DNA of 64,000 bases. It comes from the human T2T-CHM13v2.0 reference genome, Homo sapiens. Numbering within the stretch: position 1 is the stretch's first letter; the number at the start of each line of letters is the position of its first letter. This document shows positions 12,791-26,849 of this stretch, piece by piece. The notes under the pieces were generated by a model. It had not been told where the DNA came from. It made no database searches and worked only from the letters and a program-made list of their open reading frames with translations. The DNA lies in assembly GCF_009914755.1 (NCBI RefSeq), contig NC_060932.1, one strand, 5' to 3'. A program made the translations under genes and the position numbers.

Positions 12791-14964
12791 TGTGTTTATG
12801 TATATGTGTATATGTGCATTTGTGTATATAAATCTGTGTATAAGTGATTTGAAGATTAAATGTAAGCAGACATGGAGAAAAAGCACAGCTATCCAGCAAC
12901 ATGCCCCTGGCGTGTGTAGTCAGGCAGTCAGTGCTATCTGCTGTGAGGTACTTGTGTAGCAGGCGGGATAATATGATACAGAATATGGATGGATGCTCGG
13001 CTGTGTGTTGCCAAGCTAATCTCCTCTGCCTTGACTTTTTCCTTTCCTCCTCCCTCCTTCCCCTTGGAGTCATCTTGTTGACTATGGACTACAGAGTTAT
13101 GTGTAAGTGGCTTCAGTGGGGAGCAAACAGGACAGCTCTGTTTGCCTTCGCCTCCCGAGGAGAACCTTTTCTGCACATCTGGTTTCCCCTTCACTATGTG
13201 ATGCAGGGAAATTCCGGAAAATGCAGATGGAGAAAGTGCATCCACGAAGCTTCCACAGCTACGTGTATGTGTGTGCCCTACACATGTGCTTGCATTTGAA
13301 CCATGGGGTCTCTCGGGCTTACGATCAACTTGCCAAAAACTTTAGATCTCATTGAAAGCATGTGCCCTTTCACCCGTGAGCTAAACCTTGGGGAATCACA
13401 CAGACTTTAACTAACCTAAGTGATTGAATACCTCTCGTTCATTTGGTTAGTGGACATGCTCATAGGGTGCAGGCCACTACCCTGGAGACATTTTCCGAAT
13501 GGGAAACAGAAAACAGATGTGAGTCACACACACACAAAAGTTACCTCTGGAAAAATAGGATGGATTCTGTTTCCTCTCCTTCTAAAAGACTGTATTTAAA
13601 CTGGTTCTGGTTAGTAAAGACAACGTAAATATCTTTTCCTAAAATCTGTACCAAATTACTTCACTGAGAAGTCTCTGAGGATGTGCAGCCAGGACCGCAG
13701 GTCATATATTTTAGCCGCGTTGGGTCACTCACCTGGAGAGCCTGTCCTCAGCCCCCGGCCTCGCCCCACAGAGGCTGATTCGCTGGGCGGGTGGATCCGC
13801 TCGTTCTGTTTCTGATTAACTCACGGGTCTTGAGGCTGCTGTTGCAGGGAGATCCAGAGCTGGAAAACACCGCTATAGACCAGCACAACTTCACATTTTG
13901 GTCTACATGGATCATTTTGAGAGTATGATTAAACATCTAATCTCCAATTAAAAAGAAATCCATGTGTATACCTCTTTCCAAAATATCCCATATATATTCA
14001 GAAATAAGGGCTTTTTAATACAAAATCACTTAATTCTTCCAAACGTCGTTATCTGTGCCACCTACAGTTGCAACCACGTTCAAGGTAGAGACTGACTAGC
14101 TTGATACAATGGATGTTTAGGATTATCTCTTGCAGGGAAAATGGAGAAAATAAGCTTTTTTAATATTGCTCTTTAAACCTAGATATGTTGGCCATTTTAG
14201 GGTTTACTTACATGTTGTAAAAAGTACCTACCAGGGCAATAGTTTTAAAACCCTTATTTCCAAAGCTTATAAATGCTTCTGTGGGTTCTACCTTAATTGT
14301 TATAAACAGCCTTTTCTCCATCTCTCATTCACTCTGCTTCAGGCCTGCCCATGTCTCAGCTTTGTCCAGCTTGAATTAAACTGTTGTTTAGGTTGGGAAG
14401 TGTTAATGAGTCCCTAACACTTCTCAGCTGTCCAGTCTCAGCTCAAAATAGCTTCCTCACCAGACATCTCTTTAGGGGCTGACCGTCTGCAGGCCTCATC
14501 TGGCCCAAATATGTATTGTCAGCCCACAGAGGCGTGTGGTTTAGGTGCTGGCTGGTTTGAGAAGTAACCTGAACATGATGTTGGCTAGGCATACACTTGG
14601 TTTTGCCACAGTCTTCGCTATCCCCTACTGGCCAGCCTGGCCGATTCATCCCTTTATGTTAGTGCTGGGCCTTTCCTGAGTAGCTCCGGTTGACTTCTAA
14701 AAGTAGTGTTAATTCAATCTCCCTTTCTGTCTTTACCTACCTATCTGGTGACTATTTATACACACTACATCTAGTAAATATACTAAATAACTATGTATAG
14801 TGCACCAAATGTTTTGGATTAATATTAGCTCCTTTTCCCTTGGAACGTGATTCTTCCTTCTTAATACCCGGATTTATTTCTAGGGTGTTTACATCATTCG
14901 AATAATTTTGTTTAAATCATTTAATTTAAATAATTAATTGTAAAACATTTAAATTACGTATACT

Positions 14965-15579
14965 GGCTGGGAGCAGTGGCTCACGCCTGTAATCCTAGGA
15001 CATTGGGAGACTGAGGCTGGCAGTTTGCTCGAACCCAGGGGTTCAAGGCCAGCCTGGGCATCATGGAAATGGCCTGTCTGGCCGGGCGTGTTGGCTCATG
15101 GGTGTAACCCCAGCACTGTGGGAGGCCGAGGCGGATGGATCACCTGAGATCAGGAGTTTTGACCAGCCTGACCAACATGGTTAAACCCCATCTCTACTAA
15201 AAGTACAAAAACCAGCTGCGTGTGGTGGCACACACCTGTAATCCCAGCTACTCGGGAGGCTGAGGCATGATAATCGTTTGAACCCAGGAGGCGAAGGTTG
15301 TGATGAGCCAAGATTGCACCCCTGCACTCCAGCCTTGGTGACAAGCAACACTCTGTCAAAAAAAAAAAAAAAAACACACACTTCACCTTTACAAAAAATA
15401 CAAAAATTAGCTGGGCGTGGTGGCACTCGCCCGTAGTCTCAGCTACTCAGGAGGCTGAGGAGGAAGGATAGCTTGAGCCCAGGAGGTTGAGGCTTCAGTG
15501 AGGTGTGATGGTGCCACTACACTCCAGCCTGGGCAACAGAGCGAGACCCTGTCTCAAAAAACAAAAATAAGAAAATAAA
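14965..15579 (+). mobile_element. AluJ-type host element split by a nested Alu
   Basis: Left arm at 14965-15079; linker and right arm resume at ~15388 after the inner Alu. Confidence 0.85.
15080..15374 (+). mobile_element. AluS-type SINE nested in an older Alu
   Basis: Complete dimer from GGCCGGGCGTG to an A17 tail, inside the host Alu. Confidence 0.9.
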
Positions 15580-15769
15580 TGATATGTACTGAATACCACT
15601 CCATCCTAACAATGAAGCACATCTTACTCACCGCTGTATAACATAACGTGAGGGTGTCATCCCCACTCTAAGAAATAAGGGAAAAGAGGCAGTAAACTTT
15701 TGGAGAATTCTCAGGTGAAATCCCAGGTAAAATTTCATTATTGTCATTGTACTTGTAAAAAATACTTAA

Positions 15770-16109
<340 letters not shown>

Positions 16110-16519
16110 TTAGAGTAAGTAACATAAATCTGTATCCATATGAAAAGCACTTGTTCAGTTTGGCCTAGGGTCTATAGTGGGGGTCTTGTCCTCGAAGAGG
16201 GCATGCGCTCTGGGGACAGCTGGATGACCTGAGCAGTAAAGGAGACGAGGACAGAGGGCGCTGTGAGTGCCGGGCCCAGGGACTGACTCCCCATTCTTGA
16301 GTCCGATGTGCTTTTGTTCTGCCCAGCTCTTGGAAGACTCGGCCCCCCAGAGTCTTGGCAGTGTGGATGTGACAGGGTCCCCAGCGGGACATGGGCACAG
16401 GAAGAGTTGGGGGAGGGTCCCCAAGCATGGGCTTTCCCATCAGGGAGCCAACAGAGCAAAATGTTTGGAGCGTGACAAAATGTTAACATTTAAAATACAT
16501 TAATAAGATGGCGACAACT

Positions 16520-16658
16520 TGCTATGGTCTGAGGGTTTGTGTCACCCCCAGATTCCATGTTGAATCTTAATCACCAAAGTGATGGTACTAGGAGAGGGAC
16601 TTGGGGGTGATTAGGTCGTGGGATTAGTGCCCTTATAGAAGGGACCCCAGAGGGCTGC
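16520..16658 (+). mobile_element. MLT1/MST-type MaLR LTR 5' fragment
   Basis: TGCTATGGTCTG...GTTTGTGTCACCCCCAGATTCCATGTTGAA...GGGATTAGTGCCCTTATA. Confidence 0.65.
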
Positions 16659-17640
16659 TGTGATACTGTGATACGATAAGAAATCTATACTTGATCTCTG
16701 CCCCCCAGTTCCTGGCACAGAGCTCTACAACCCTCAGAATTTTCTGAGTGAGAGGAACATCTTTTGTTCTCATGAAGCAACTCTTGGTGGCTCCTAGATG
16801 GGCCTGGTCACCAGAAAGACCAAGCCGTGATTAGAAGTTTGGAGTTTTCAAGCCTGGGCAATATGGAGAGACCCCATCTCTACAAACAAACAAACAAACA
16901 AAAATTAGCTGGATGTGGTGGCTCATGCCTTTAATACCAGCACTTTGGGAGGTTGAGGCAAGAGGATCGCTTGAGTCTAGGAGTTCAAGACCAGCCGGGG
17001 CAACATAGTGAGACCCCAGTTCTACAAAAACTTTAAAAAAAAAAAGCCACCTATTGCACACCTATAGTTCCAGAAGCTAAAGTGGGAGGGTCACTCGAGC
17101 CCAAGAGGTTGGCACTGCAGTGAGTTATGATCGTGTCACTACACTACATCCTGGGTGACACAGAAAGTCCTTGTCTCAAAAAATAAAGAAACAAAGAAAA
17201 CCAAATAAAAACACTTAAGAAGCTGCTGAGCACAGCTGCATGGCAGGAGGGTGGAGCACCCCAACTCCATGGGGCCAGATGCTCCTGTGCTTGGGACCTT
17301 CAAGACCCCGCTCTCTCCATCGCTTCATCTGCCTGTTCTTCTGTGTCCTTTATTATAACCTTATTAACAAACCATCAAATGTAAGTATAGTGTTTTGCTG
17401 AGTTCTGTGAGCTGCTCTAGCAAATGAATTGACCTCAAGAAGGGGGTGCTGGGAGCCCGATTTGCGGCCATTCAGTCAGAAGCGTGGTGGCTGGTATCTG
17501 ACGTGGGGACCGTCTTATGGGACAGGGTCCTTTAATCCGTGGGATCTGATCCTCTCTCTAGGTAGACAGGGTCAGAGTGAAGTTGAATTACAGGACACCC
17601 AACTGGTGTCCTCTGGAGAATTGTTTGGTATGTTGGATTT
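16659..17640 (+). mobile_element. MER21-family LTR, interrupted by Alu sequence
   Basis: TGTGATAC start; GGTCACCAGAAAGACCAAGCCGTGATTAGA; GTTTTGCTGAGTTCTGTGAGCTGCTCTAGCAAAT; AGGACACCCAACTGGTGTC. Confidence 0.7.
16850..17212 (+). mobile_element. Composite AluJ (end of a left arm plus a full dimer)
   Basis: AGCCTGGGCAATATGG..CTCTAC(AAAC)n linker followed by a second left arm, linker and right arm. Confidence 0.8.
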
Positions 17641-17664
17641 AGTGAGACAAGATATAGGAAAGTG

Positions 17665-17960
17665 TTTTTTATTTTTTGGAGACAGGGTCTCATTCTGTCA
17701 CTCAGGCTGGAATGTAGTGGCACAATCATTGCTCACTGCAGCCTCGAACTCCTAGGCTCAAGGAATCCTCTCACCTCAGCCTCCCAACAAACAGGGACCA
17801 CAGGTGCACACCTCCAAGTCCTGCTAATTTTCATATGTTTTGTAGAGATGGGGTCTTACTATGTTGCCCAGGTGGATCCTCAACTCCTGGCCTTAAGTGA
17901 TCCACCCGCCTGGGCCTCCCAAAGTGCTGAGATTACAGGTGTGAGTCACTGCGCCTGGCC
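17665..17960 (-). mobile_element. AluJ-type SINE
   Basis: Full dimer; TSD AGGAAAGTG on both sides. Confidence 0.92.
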
Positions 17961-18207
17961 GAGGAAAGTGACACAACGTCTGATACCTACTCAATGAGCA
18001 ATTGGTTCAAACATAGTTTTGACTAAAATAACTCCTGTGGAAATAAATATTGCTTTCTCAAGGGTATTCCAACTATTCTGTCTTCATTCAATTCTTCTTC
18101 CCCATTTCCCTCTCCTCCTCCACTTCCTTCTCCTCCATTTCTTTATTTAACAGTGGCTCCAATTGTGAAACTTCCATTTGTGCCCCCTTGAGAAATGAGG
18201 CAGAGAA

Positions 18208-18275
18208 GATCCCAAGGAGGTGCTCTTCTCCCACCCGGACATCCCTGATCCCAAGGAGATGCTCCACTCCCACCC
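18208..18275. repeat. 39-bp-period tandem duplication
   Basis: GATCCCAAGGAG(G/A)TGCTC..CTCCCACCC at 18208 and 18247. Confidence 0.85.
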
Positions 18276-18564
18276 AGCTTCTGGATTAAGGATTTAGGGC
18301 AGCATACTTTCATCAATGACTTCTGAAGGTCACGTTTGTTCAGGACGTTCTGAAGACATTTCTGATAGTGTACCATCTTTATAGACGTTGCTCCCTACTA
18401 CGACAAATCTGTTGAGAAATTAAATGAAGGAGCCCCTTCTGTGCTCTTTAATTTCCCAATGCAATAGTAAATGTGAGAGTGCCTTACAACCATGAAGCAA
18501 TTCAGCCTGACTTTTGGTGATTACAAGGAAAAGGTTGGAAAGAGCTCTTAGTGTTTAATATTTA

Positions 18565-19122
18565 AAAACAAATTTGTGTTGTATATTGACGAATTATAGT
18601 TGTATGTACTTATGGGTAAAAAGTGGTGTTATGAGCTTTATAGACAATGTAGAATGTATTCAGCATGCTGTGCTATGGATCTAAAAAATATCAGACTTTT
18701 CCTCCGATCTCACTGAAGCTTTGTGCCTTTGACTGTCATGTCTGTGTTTTCCCAGGCATCAGCCTCTGCAGCCACCATTCCCCTCTCTGCTGCTCCGAGT
18801 TCAATTGTTTTAATTCCACAAGTAAGTGAGGATATGCTGTGCTTGTCTTTCTGCGTTTGGCTTATTTCACTCAGCATAATGTTCTACAATTCCATCCATG
18901 TTGTCACAAATAACAGAATTTCTTTTCTTTTTAGGGGCTGGATAATACTCCATTGTGTGTATAAACTACAGTTTCCTTATCCATTTGTCCCTTAATGGAC
19001 ACTTAGACTGATTTCATAACTTGGCTATTGTGAATCATGCTGCAATGAACTTAGGAGTGCAGATATCTCTTGGACCCATTGATTTCAAATCTTTAACACC
19101 CAGAAGTGGGATTGATGGATCT
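18565..19122 (-). mobile_element. Old L1 (L1MA/L1MB-type) 3' fragment
   Basis: TGGCTTATTTCACTCAGCATAATG, TTGGCTATTGTGAAT and CCCAGAAGTGGGATTG match the antisense L1 3' end. Confidence 0.8.
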
Positions 19123-22100
19123 CTTACTTAATGTTTTTGTTCCATTTAACATGGATGTCCCTCTAACTCTTCTAAAGAATGTCACAGATGATCTCAGTTG
19201 GGCTAGAGTTTTTCTTGATTTCATACTTTGCATTCTTCTGGCCTTAATGCATTTTGGAAAGGAGCCAGTTGTTTAGAAATGTGCTCCTGCTTTTCTAACC
19301 TATGTTCAAAAAAGAGTAAGCTTCCCCTGCACCCATGGCTGTGAATCTGTGGGACTGTCGACTGTCAGGCACTGAGGATGAAGAACTGGAAGATTCTGCA
19401 CATCCCAGGCCATTCTTGATGTTAGCTTTTCCCATATGTGATGCTGTAGCGTGGGAAGGAACTGGGGAAATTTCTCATACTTGCTTCCAGTTACAGGAGA
19501 ATTCCTTTTCAGCAGCTCAACAAAGACCTGCTACTGATGGCCTCTTGGATGTGACGTCACGCTCTGGGGCTGCAAGTCCAGTTTAATTCAGCAGCTTTTT
19601 CCAGCTGTATAATAGGACATGAAACAGATGTAGGAGGACTGTGGAAGAAAGAGGCACAGTCCCTGCTCTTTTGTGATTGATACCCAATGTACCTTGCCCC
19701 AATGTGGTCTTTGGTTGGTAATTCAACATCTCTTGTATATATTATCTTTGTATATAACTTAATATATTAATAATTTAAAGCCCCAGTATAATTCCCTGCA
19801 TAAAGTAAGACTGAACTAAGTCCCCTTTTTATAATGGTGAACCTGATTATGCACTGTTAACAGACAGTGCAGTAATTTTCAGAGATCATAGCACAACCAC
19901 ACTCTTCTGAGCTGGTTTCTCTGTCTACAGCAGCCATCTGTATTTAAACAAACCTCAAAGGTGGGCGGGGTGTGTAGAATTCTAGGTATTTAGAAAAGCC
20001 AGAAATTCAGTTTATAAACAACTGTTCAAAGTCAAAGATTATGACATCAATTAGCATTTCTAAAATCGCTAGGTGAGTGGTATTTTGCTTCATCATTTCT
20101 GTGACACATTCCAAGCAAGCATCATTGTATGGTATTTATCATGATCAAAGGTTCGCATTCATTTGAAGTTCTGGTCGTTCTCTTGTTTACGACACCACCC
20201 AGCATATCACTTGGTTGTGCAAATGGACCTCCAGCACTCTCCTAGATGTAGAAGACCTCTGTTGGCAAATGTCCACCTCCCCAACTCTCTTTGTATGAAA
20301 GCCCTCTTGTGACTGCTGGTGTTTTCAGATGGACAGAGTGGTGGGGGGAGGGGGGGAAGTGCATGGTAATCAATGACCTCTAACACAACGGGGGGAGGAT
20401 TTAAATGAGTAAACATGTACACATGTACATGCACCTACACATGCACACACTCCCACACACACTCACCAGCAGACCTTCTTAAAAAAGCGCTTCATAGTTA
20501 ATGGAGTAACTGTCATTTTATATTCACTGTATTGCTACAAAAATTACAATGGCTGTAATAGTGTTTAATGCAATATTAATATCCACTCTAAAGACGAATT
20601 TGTTGCATAGAACATATTCCAAGTAAGAGGCTGTGCCTTGTGCTGGCCACTTCATTTTCAATATGGACAAGAACTGTCTCATGAGGCCAGTTGCAAGGAA
20701 TTCCATGTGGGCATGATTCTCTCCTCAGCAAATATCTCTGGCAGAAGTGTTTTGTAGCAGAATTCTCAGGAGTTGCATGGGATTCTAAACATGAGTTCAG
20801 TGATGAAATCCAGATTTACGATCTCCTTTTCACCATGTTCTGCAAAAATGAATGCAACACAACAGGCACAGCCTTTGAGCTGTGTTATTGTCATTTGTAT
20901 CCAAAATGCCTCAGCTCAATGCTAAGTTTCTTGAAAAACAGGAAGAGAGTAGGCATCCATCAGAAAATCTAATGATAGCAGTGGCCCAAGATTGTTTCCT
21001 TTGCCTTATGAAGTGTTACCCTTATCAGCATCAGCATGAAATAATATTTATTAAGCCTCCTCTTGGGCCTGGTGCCATGCAGGGTAGTATTTCTCTCTGC
21101 AGTTACGTCATTGTGCTAGTTTTTCAAATATACCTGACCAATTTTGTTGTAAAATCAGTTTCTTTCTTGTTAACAAAATAGGTTATTTTTGTACTAATTA
21201 AAATCACAAGATAATTGAGTTTGTTTGCAATTTCAATGAAAGTGGTTCAAAAGCTCTAAAGGGCCGGGGTGTTAAGTGTCACTGCAGCAACGATGAATGT
21301 ACCACAGGGTTCCTTAGTCATCAACCGTGGACTCGTTTGGAAAACGAGGATGAATTTGGGCATTCACAGCAGATGACACTTCCATTATCAGGACATAAAT
21401 AAGCACTATGAATATGCATGGTACTTAGAAACAGGCACTTAATTTCCACAAAGACAGTCATTCTCCTTGATATGAGTTAGCTGTCTTTTGTAATTGTTCA
21501 TTTTGCATTCTTTTTCTCCTAAAGTTTCCCCAAACAGTGGGAGCAGGGGGTGGGGGAAGAAAAATAAAACTACTAAACAGATAAAATGTTAATTGTAATT
21601 TATGGAAATAGAACAAAGCATTGAGAACTTTGCACAGCCTTGTGCAAGCAATAGTTATTTTGTACAACTAGGAAGACTCTATGTAGTGTGGATTTAAGTT
21701 GGAGGTAAAGCCCAGAATGTGGAGGAGGTGGAGGGGCCTCCTAGCACAAGAAAACCACATGGTTAATTGATTTTTGAAGCCCTTGGGCTCACACGCATTG
21801 AGTGCCCAACCTGGACGTCTCCAGGTGAATGGGTGCAGGGCTGCATTTCACGTTCATCTGGTGTCTCTCCTGTGGGCAGCTCTGATGTTGGTCTTCTCCT
21901 GTTGAACTTATTTTCTTTGTTATGACGGAATTAGCAAGAATTAAAGGGAGGGGGTGTTGAAGATCATTAGCACCTACTTGTAACTTTCTTCCTGACATAA
22001 TTCTAAGATTGAAAAGTATCAGCCAGACCACTACGGAGAAAAAAAGTGTTATTTTCTACAACATTGCGTGTGAAGACAAATACCTCATGATTTCATCTGT

Positions 22101-22964
22101 TGCAGAAATCTCAAAAGTTTATCACAGCAAATGAGAAAGCCATTCTGGTCTTTATTTATAAACTCCAACGGGTTTATCTCTCCTTCCTGAACATTAAAAT
22201 CTGAAAGGCAGTTTGCCTCTTAACCAAGCATCTGTCTCTGGGAGTCATCAGCAGAAGTCTGCACAGGGGAAAAAGGCGGTCTCGCCTTCGTCAGTGCATG
22301 GGCCCCGTCCAGCCACTGTCAGTGATGGCGTCCTCTGTGTCAAATAGCTATGCCCAATTTAAAAGAAAACAACAGCAACAGGCTTCTGTTGTCTTCAAGT
22401 AGCTGCAAAAATCCCTTAGGGAAAACGAAAAACATCTTATCCAGTTCGGCAATCAAGAGGATCAGCGTGTTGTAACCTCCGTGTTTTCAGCAGCACCCAC
22501 AGTGGAGGCAGAAGTGGTTTTGATTTCTCCCTGTGGTTGGGGTCTCACTTCTCATGTCCACCGCTCTATTGCTCAGTATTATGCTAATGAGCGCTCCTGT
22601 AACTGCACTTACATCACAACTGAGTAGATCCCAACGGGATTTGCTTTGCTGGTTCAGCGGCTGCTCCTGTGGCGCCTCCTTGTGGACTGTTTTCCCCCGT
22701 GACTGCCCCAGCCTTGTCCGCCATGACACTCTTCCAGGCCTGGTGACGAGCGAGCTTCTGCCCGCTTCTCACACTGCCTTATATGTAATGATGTATTAAA
22801 AATCTTGGCCTTTTATCAAATGCTTGATCTATGTGTCAGATTTCTCCGCTTGCTTTATGCAGGTGTTGGGAGCATCGCCATTCTTCTTTGATACCTTTTT
22901 TTAGAATTTTAATGCAAAGACTTGGGATCTTTTCAAAAGTTTCATGCAAAGCTTGGGTATTTGG

Positions 22965-23860
22965 TGTAAGCCAGAAATAAAATTCTAAAGCCCCAGTTGG
23001 CTGAATGGAGCCCTGCTCTTGGCCAAGGGGATCTGAAAGAAACCTGAAAAATGATTTCAGGCCGTGCCGGGAAAGTGGGGTCAGACACACCTCCTTATAC
23101 CCTCTCCCATTGCAATTCAGGTGCAAATGACCAGCATTTACATGAAACAACAGAGAACCCAAGACTGACAAAACCAACTCTTGGTAGCAATAAGATACTC
23201 AGTTCCAGCCTGACTCTGGTATAGCATCACATAATAGATAGCAAGCCCTGAAGAAATCGGAGTATTTTATCCCCAAAATATATTTATTTGGCATATTTTG
23301 AAACAGCCCCACAAAGCTATTTCTTGTGGAGGAAACTTGGCTTCTATAGAGAATCTCCATCCCTTTCTAGGTCATTTTCTGATCCAGGAGAGACTTGACT
23401 GAGTCTGACACCCTTTAGGGTCCTATAAGAGACATTTACCATTTATTCTCTCTGAAGCTGCTACCTGGAGGCTTCATCTACATACCAAGAACCTTGGCTT
23501 CCACAACACCCTTAATCTTAAAGCATTTCATTCTACCCATTGCAACTTTTTAGGCAAAGCTTAACTCTTTCAGTCTTTGAATCCACATGTGACCTGTAAC
23601 CAACCCCTCCCACCCCTGTCAGCTTCAAGACATTTTTCCTTTCTGGACCAAACCATTGTATACCTTCCATTTATTGATTTATTCGTTTGTCTGTAACTTC
23701 TGTCTCCCTCAAATGTATAAAATCAAGTGGTAACTCAGCCACCTTGGACACCAGTTCTCAGGACCTCCTGAGGCTGTGTCACAGGCTGTGGTCACTTAGA
23801 TTAGGCTCAGAATAAACTTCTTCAAATATTTTACAGAATTTGGCTTTTTTTTAATCAAGA
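22965..23860 (+). mobile_element. MER4-group solo LTR (ERV1)
   Basis: TGTAAGCCAGAAATAAAATTCTAA start; GCTCAGAATAAACTTCTTCAAATATTTTACAGA near the end; 4-bp TSD TTGG at 22961-22964 and 23861-23864. Confidence 0.85.
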
Positions 23861-24057
23861 TTGGAAGTGCAGTTTCTGGAGTTCTTTGTGTCTTTAAAGG
23901 GTTGTTTGATTTCAGGTATGACCTGCTGTCTTATCAATGACCCACCTCAGAGCCTGCATGCTCTTTTCGGGGTTCACAAAGAAGAAACACGTTTGTTGTT
24001 TTTGTTTCTCTTCTTATTCAAAATGACACAATCAGCAGAAGGTGTTGAGTGCTGACA

Positions 24058-24235
24058 CTGCCTCAGAAGTGAGGTGAGGGGTGCGGCTACCCTGAGGTCA
24101 GAAAGGGCATTTGGTGTAGAAAGTTAACAGCAGGTGTTCAGAACCCTGCCTCAGAAGTGAGGTGAGGGGTGCGGCCGCCCTGAGGGACACTCCCAGCATT
24201 AGAAAGGGCATTTGGTGTAGAACGTTAACAGCAGG
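24058..24235. repeat. ~88-bp tandem duplication, second copy with a small insertion
   Basis: CTGCCTCAGAAGTGAGGTGAGGGGTGCGGC..CCCTGAGG..AGAAAGGGCATTTGGTGTAGAA.GTTAACAGCAGG occurs twice. Confidence 0.92.
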
Positions 24236-24496
24236 GGCTCAGAGATAACCCACCACATGTTTTCTTATAGGAGGGTGTCACTTTTCCTGGGTACATTTTG
24301 TCTGCCCATCTGCAATTCAGAGAATCAGGAACATTGTATTAATGAGGTAGAGGGAATCAAAAATTATTTGGGCAAACGGGAGTAGCTCTGCTTGAGTGCA
24401 CTTGAGGAGGGGGTTGGGGAGGAGGGGAAGTGACAGTTCATCTCCTTGTGGCCACAGACTGCAGTCACTGGAGTAGAAGCCAAGAGGGGGGTGTCA

Positions 24497-24823
<327 letters not shown>

Positions 24824-24981
24824 ACAACGTCCAAACAGTTTCGTGAATTTAGATAAGTGAAAAAGCATAAAGCTTTCCTATATCATTGCCATTTTAATTA
24901 TTTATTCATTGGTTTTCAATTTCTCAGTAAATTATTGGCTCTGTATTCAATTTTAATGAAAAGAAATATCACTTGCTAGAG

Positions 24982-25302
24982 CAGTGATCCTCAACTCTCA
25001 ATACAATAAGAACCCCTAGGAGGTTCAGAAACATGTGGACAGATGCTGAGACCCTCACAGAGAAATCTCAGTGCAATTGGTTTGATGGGCAGCCTCTGCA
25101 TAGGTAGTTCTTTTTATTTTTATTTTCATTTTATAGAGATGAGGGTTCTCCATGTTGCCCAGGCTGGTCTTGAACTCCTGGGCTCAAGCAATCCTCCCAC
25201 CTCGGCCTCCCACAGTGCTGGGATTACAGGCATGAGCCACTGTGCCCAGCCAGACACAGGTAGTTCCTAAAAGCTTCTTGAGTTTGAGGGTGTCTGCTAC
25301 AG
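24982..25302. mobile_element. MER5-family remnant hosting a FLAM
   Basis: CAGTGATCCTCAAC start and CTGCTACAG end; CAGATGCTGAGACCCTCAC core. Confidence 0.5.
25109..25251 (-). mobile_element. FLAM_C / Alu left monomer
   Basis: Single monomer with T-rich tail; TSD-like AGGTAGTTC on both sides. Confidence 0.85.
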
Positions 25303-26849
25303 AGATGACCCAAATCTTATGATTGGCATTTCCAAAATTTAGTGGAAGCTTTAATTGGATCAAGGAGACATTTCCATTTTCAAGCTAAGAGAGTTAGTAA
25401 GCGCTCACCTTAATAACACACAATTTGTTGTATAGTTTGGTTTTAAAACCGGGCAAAAATCATCCATAGGAACATGAATTGGTGTAGGTATTTGCAATAA
25501 GTAATGACCATTTTTATGGTTTTTGTATCAAAAAAATGATGATTTGAAGACTGAGCTCTCAGCTCTACTAGCAGAAGGGTAAGTGTCAGTATCGAGGCTG
25601 GTTTTGAATTATAGCTGAGCCAAAAGCATCTGAAAGCAATGCGTTCTTTTTCTTCTCTTCTCTAACTTAAAACTGGACTGAATTTTTTCATAGTTGGTAA
25701 AATGAATGCTTGGAGTCTTCAACCCAGAGCTCCAAGCAGGAGTCCAGCCAGAGTGCGTTTTTAGAACTGATTTATTAGCCCCATAAGGCCACCTGAGATC
25801 TTTGTGGTTTGCAACGTCCTATTTTTTTTTCCTGAATTACTTTGTATCTGACTTAGACAGTTACGGGTTTTAGCATGGGATTTTGCATACAGATTGGCCA
25901 CTGCTTTGAAAGCTCTTCTATGATGCATATTTCATGATGAGTATCCTCAAACCTCAAACCTCTCTGGAAAAAAAAAAAAAGTCCTGTACCTTTTCGGTTT
26001 GATTATTAAACTGGAGATAGACAAATTACAGGAGCTGTCCCTCAATTTAATGAGAAACCCTTAAAAAACAAAACTTGGAATAATTGAAAATGGCATTGAA
26101 CAATAAATAACTTAATAAAGTAGAAAATGTCTAATATTTAACTACAGCTATTTGATGAGAACATTTCAGAAAGAATGACTTTAAAAATTGAAATGAGAAA
26201 TCACCTCATGTCGGGAGACACCATAGACGCACATTATTTTTCTTGATGTGGGAGACTGTGAGAACTCCTACAGGAGTTAAATCTGATGAGAACAATGTCT
26301 TTAGCTTAGCCCCGATCATGGAAATAAGCTCTGCCCAGGAGCGAAGCGCTAAGGACCAAGCCACGTGGGTCAGGAAGGGGAGAATCTGGGGTCCAGACCT
26401 GAACCATTACTCTTAAACGCTGGCCCCTGTTTTATTGGTGGACAACTAATCCGTGTCCCATAAATCTGAGGACATTTAATCCCAATAATCCCTCTCCCAG
26501 TTCTATTTTTGCCTACGATCCCCAAAGCGGATATTCCTGTCCTTTCAGGGTGCACCATGGAAAGGCTGATAGCTGCAGACTTTATCACCTTTCTGATCTT
26601 GTGTTCGTCTCTGCCTGGTACTCTCTGTCTAAGAGACGACATCACCAAGGGCCTAGTTTCTCTATTCACAAGCCAAAGGACCCCTGAAGCCCCCCTCCCC
26701 TTCATTTTCCCACATGAACTCATCAGCGAGGACTTGGATTCTCAAGAATGCTCCAAATGTGCATTTTTCTCTGTACAGCCAGCCTGGCCTCCATTATCCC
26801 TGACCTTGATTCCATCCCTGGTCTCCTAAGCTCTGCCCTCCTTACCGGC

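Noticed and set aside
19846-19876. Small hairpin ATTATGCACTGT...ACAGTGCAGTAAT as possible miRNA or terminator
   Set aside because: Stem of ~12 bp is far too short for a pre-miRNA, and intrinsic terminators do not apply here.
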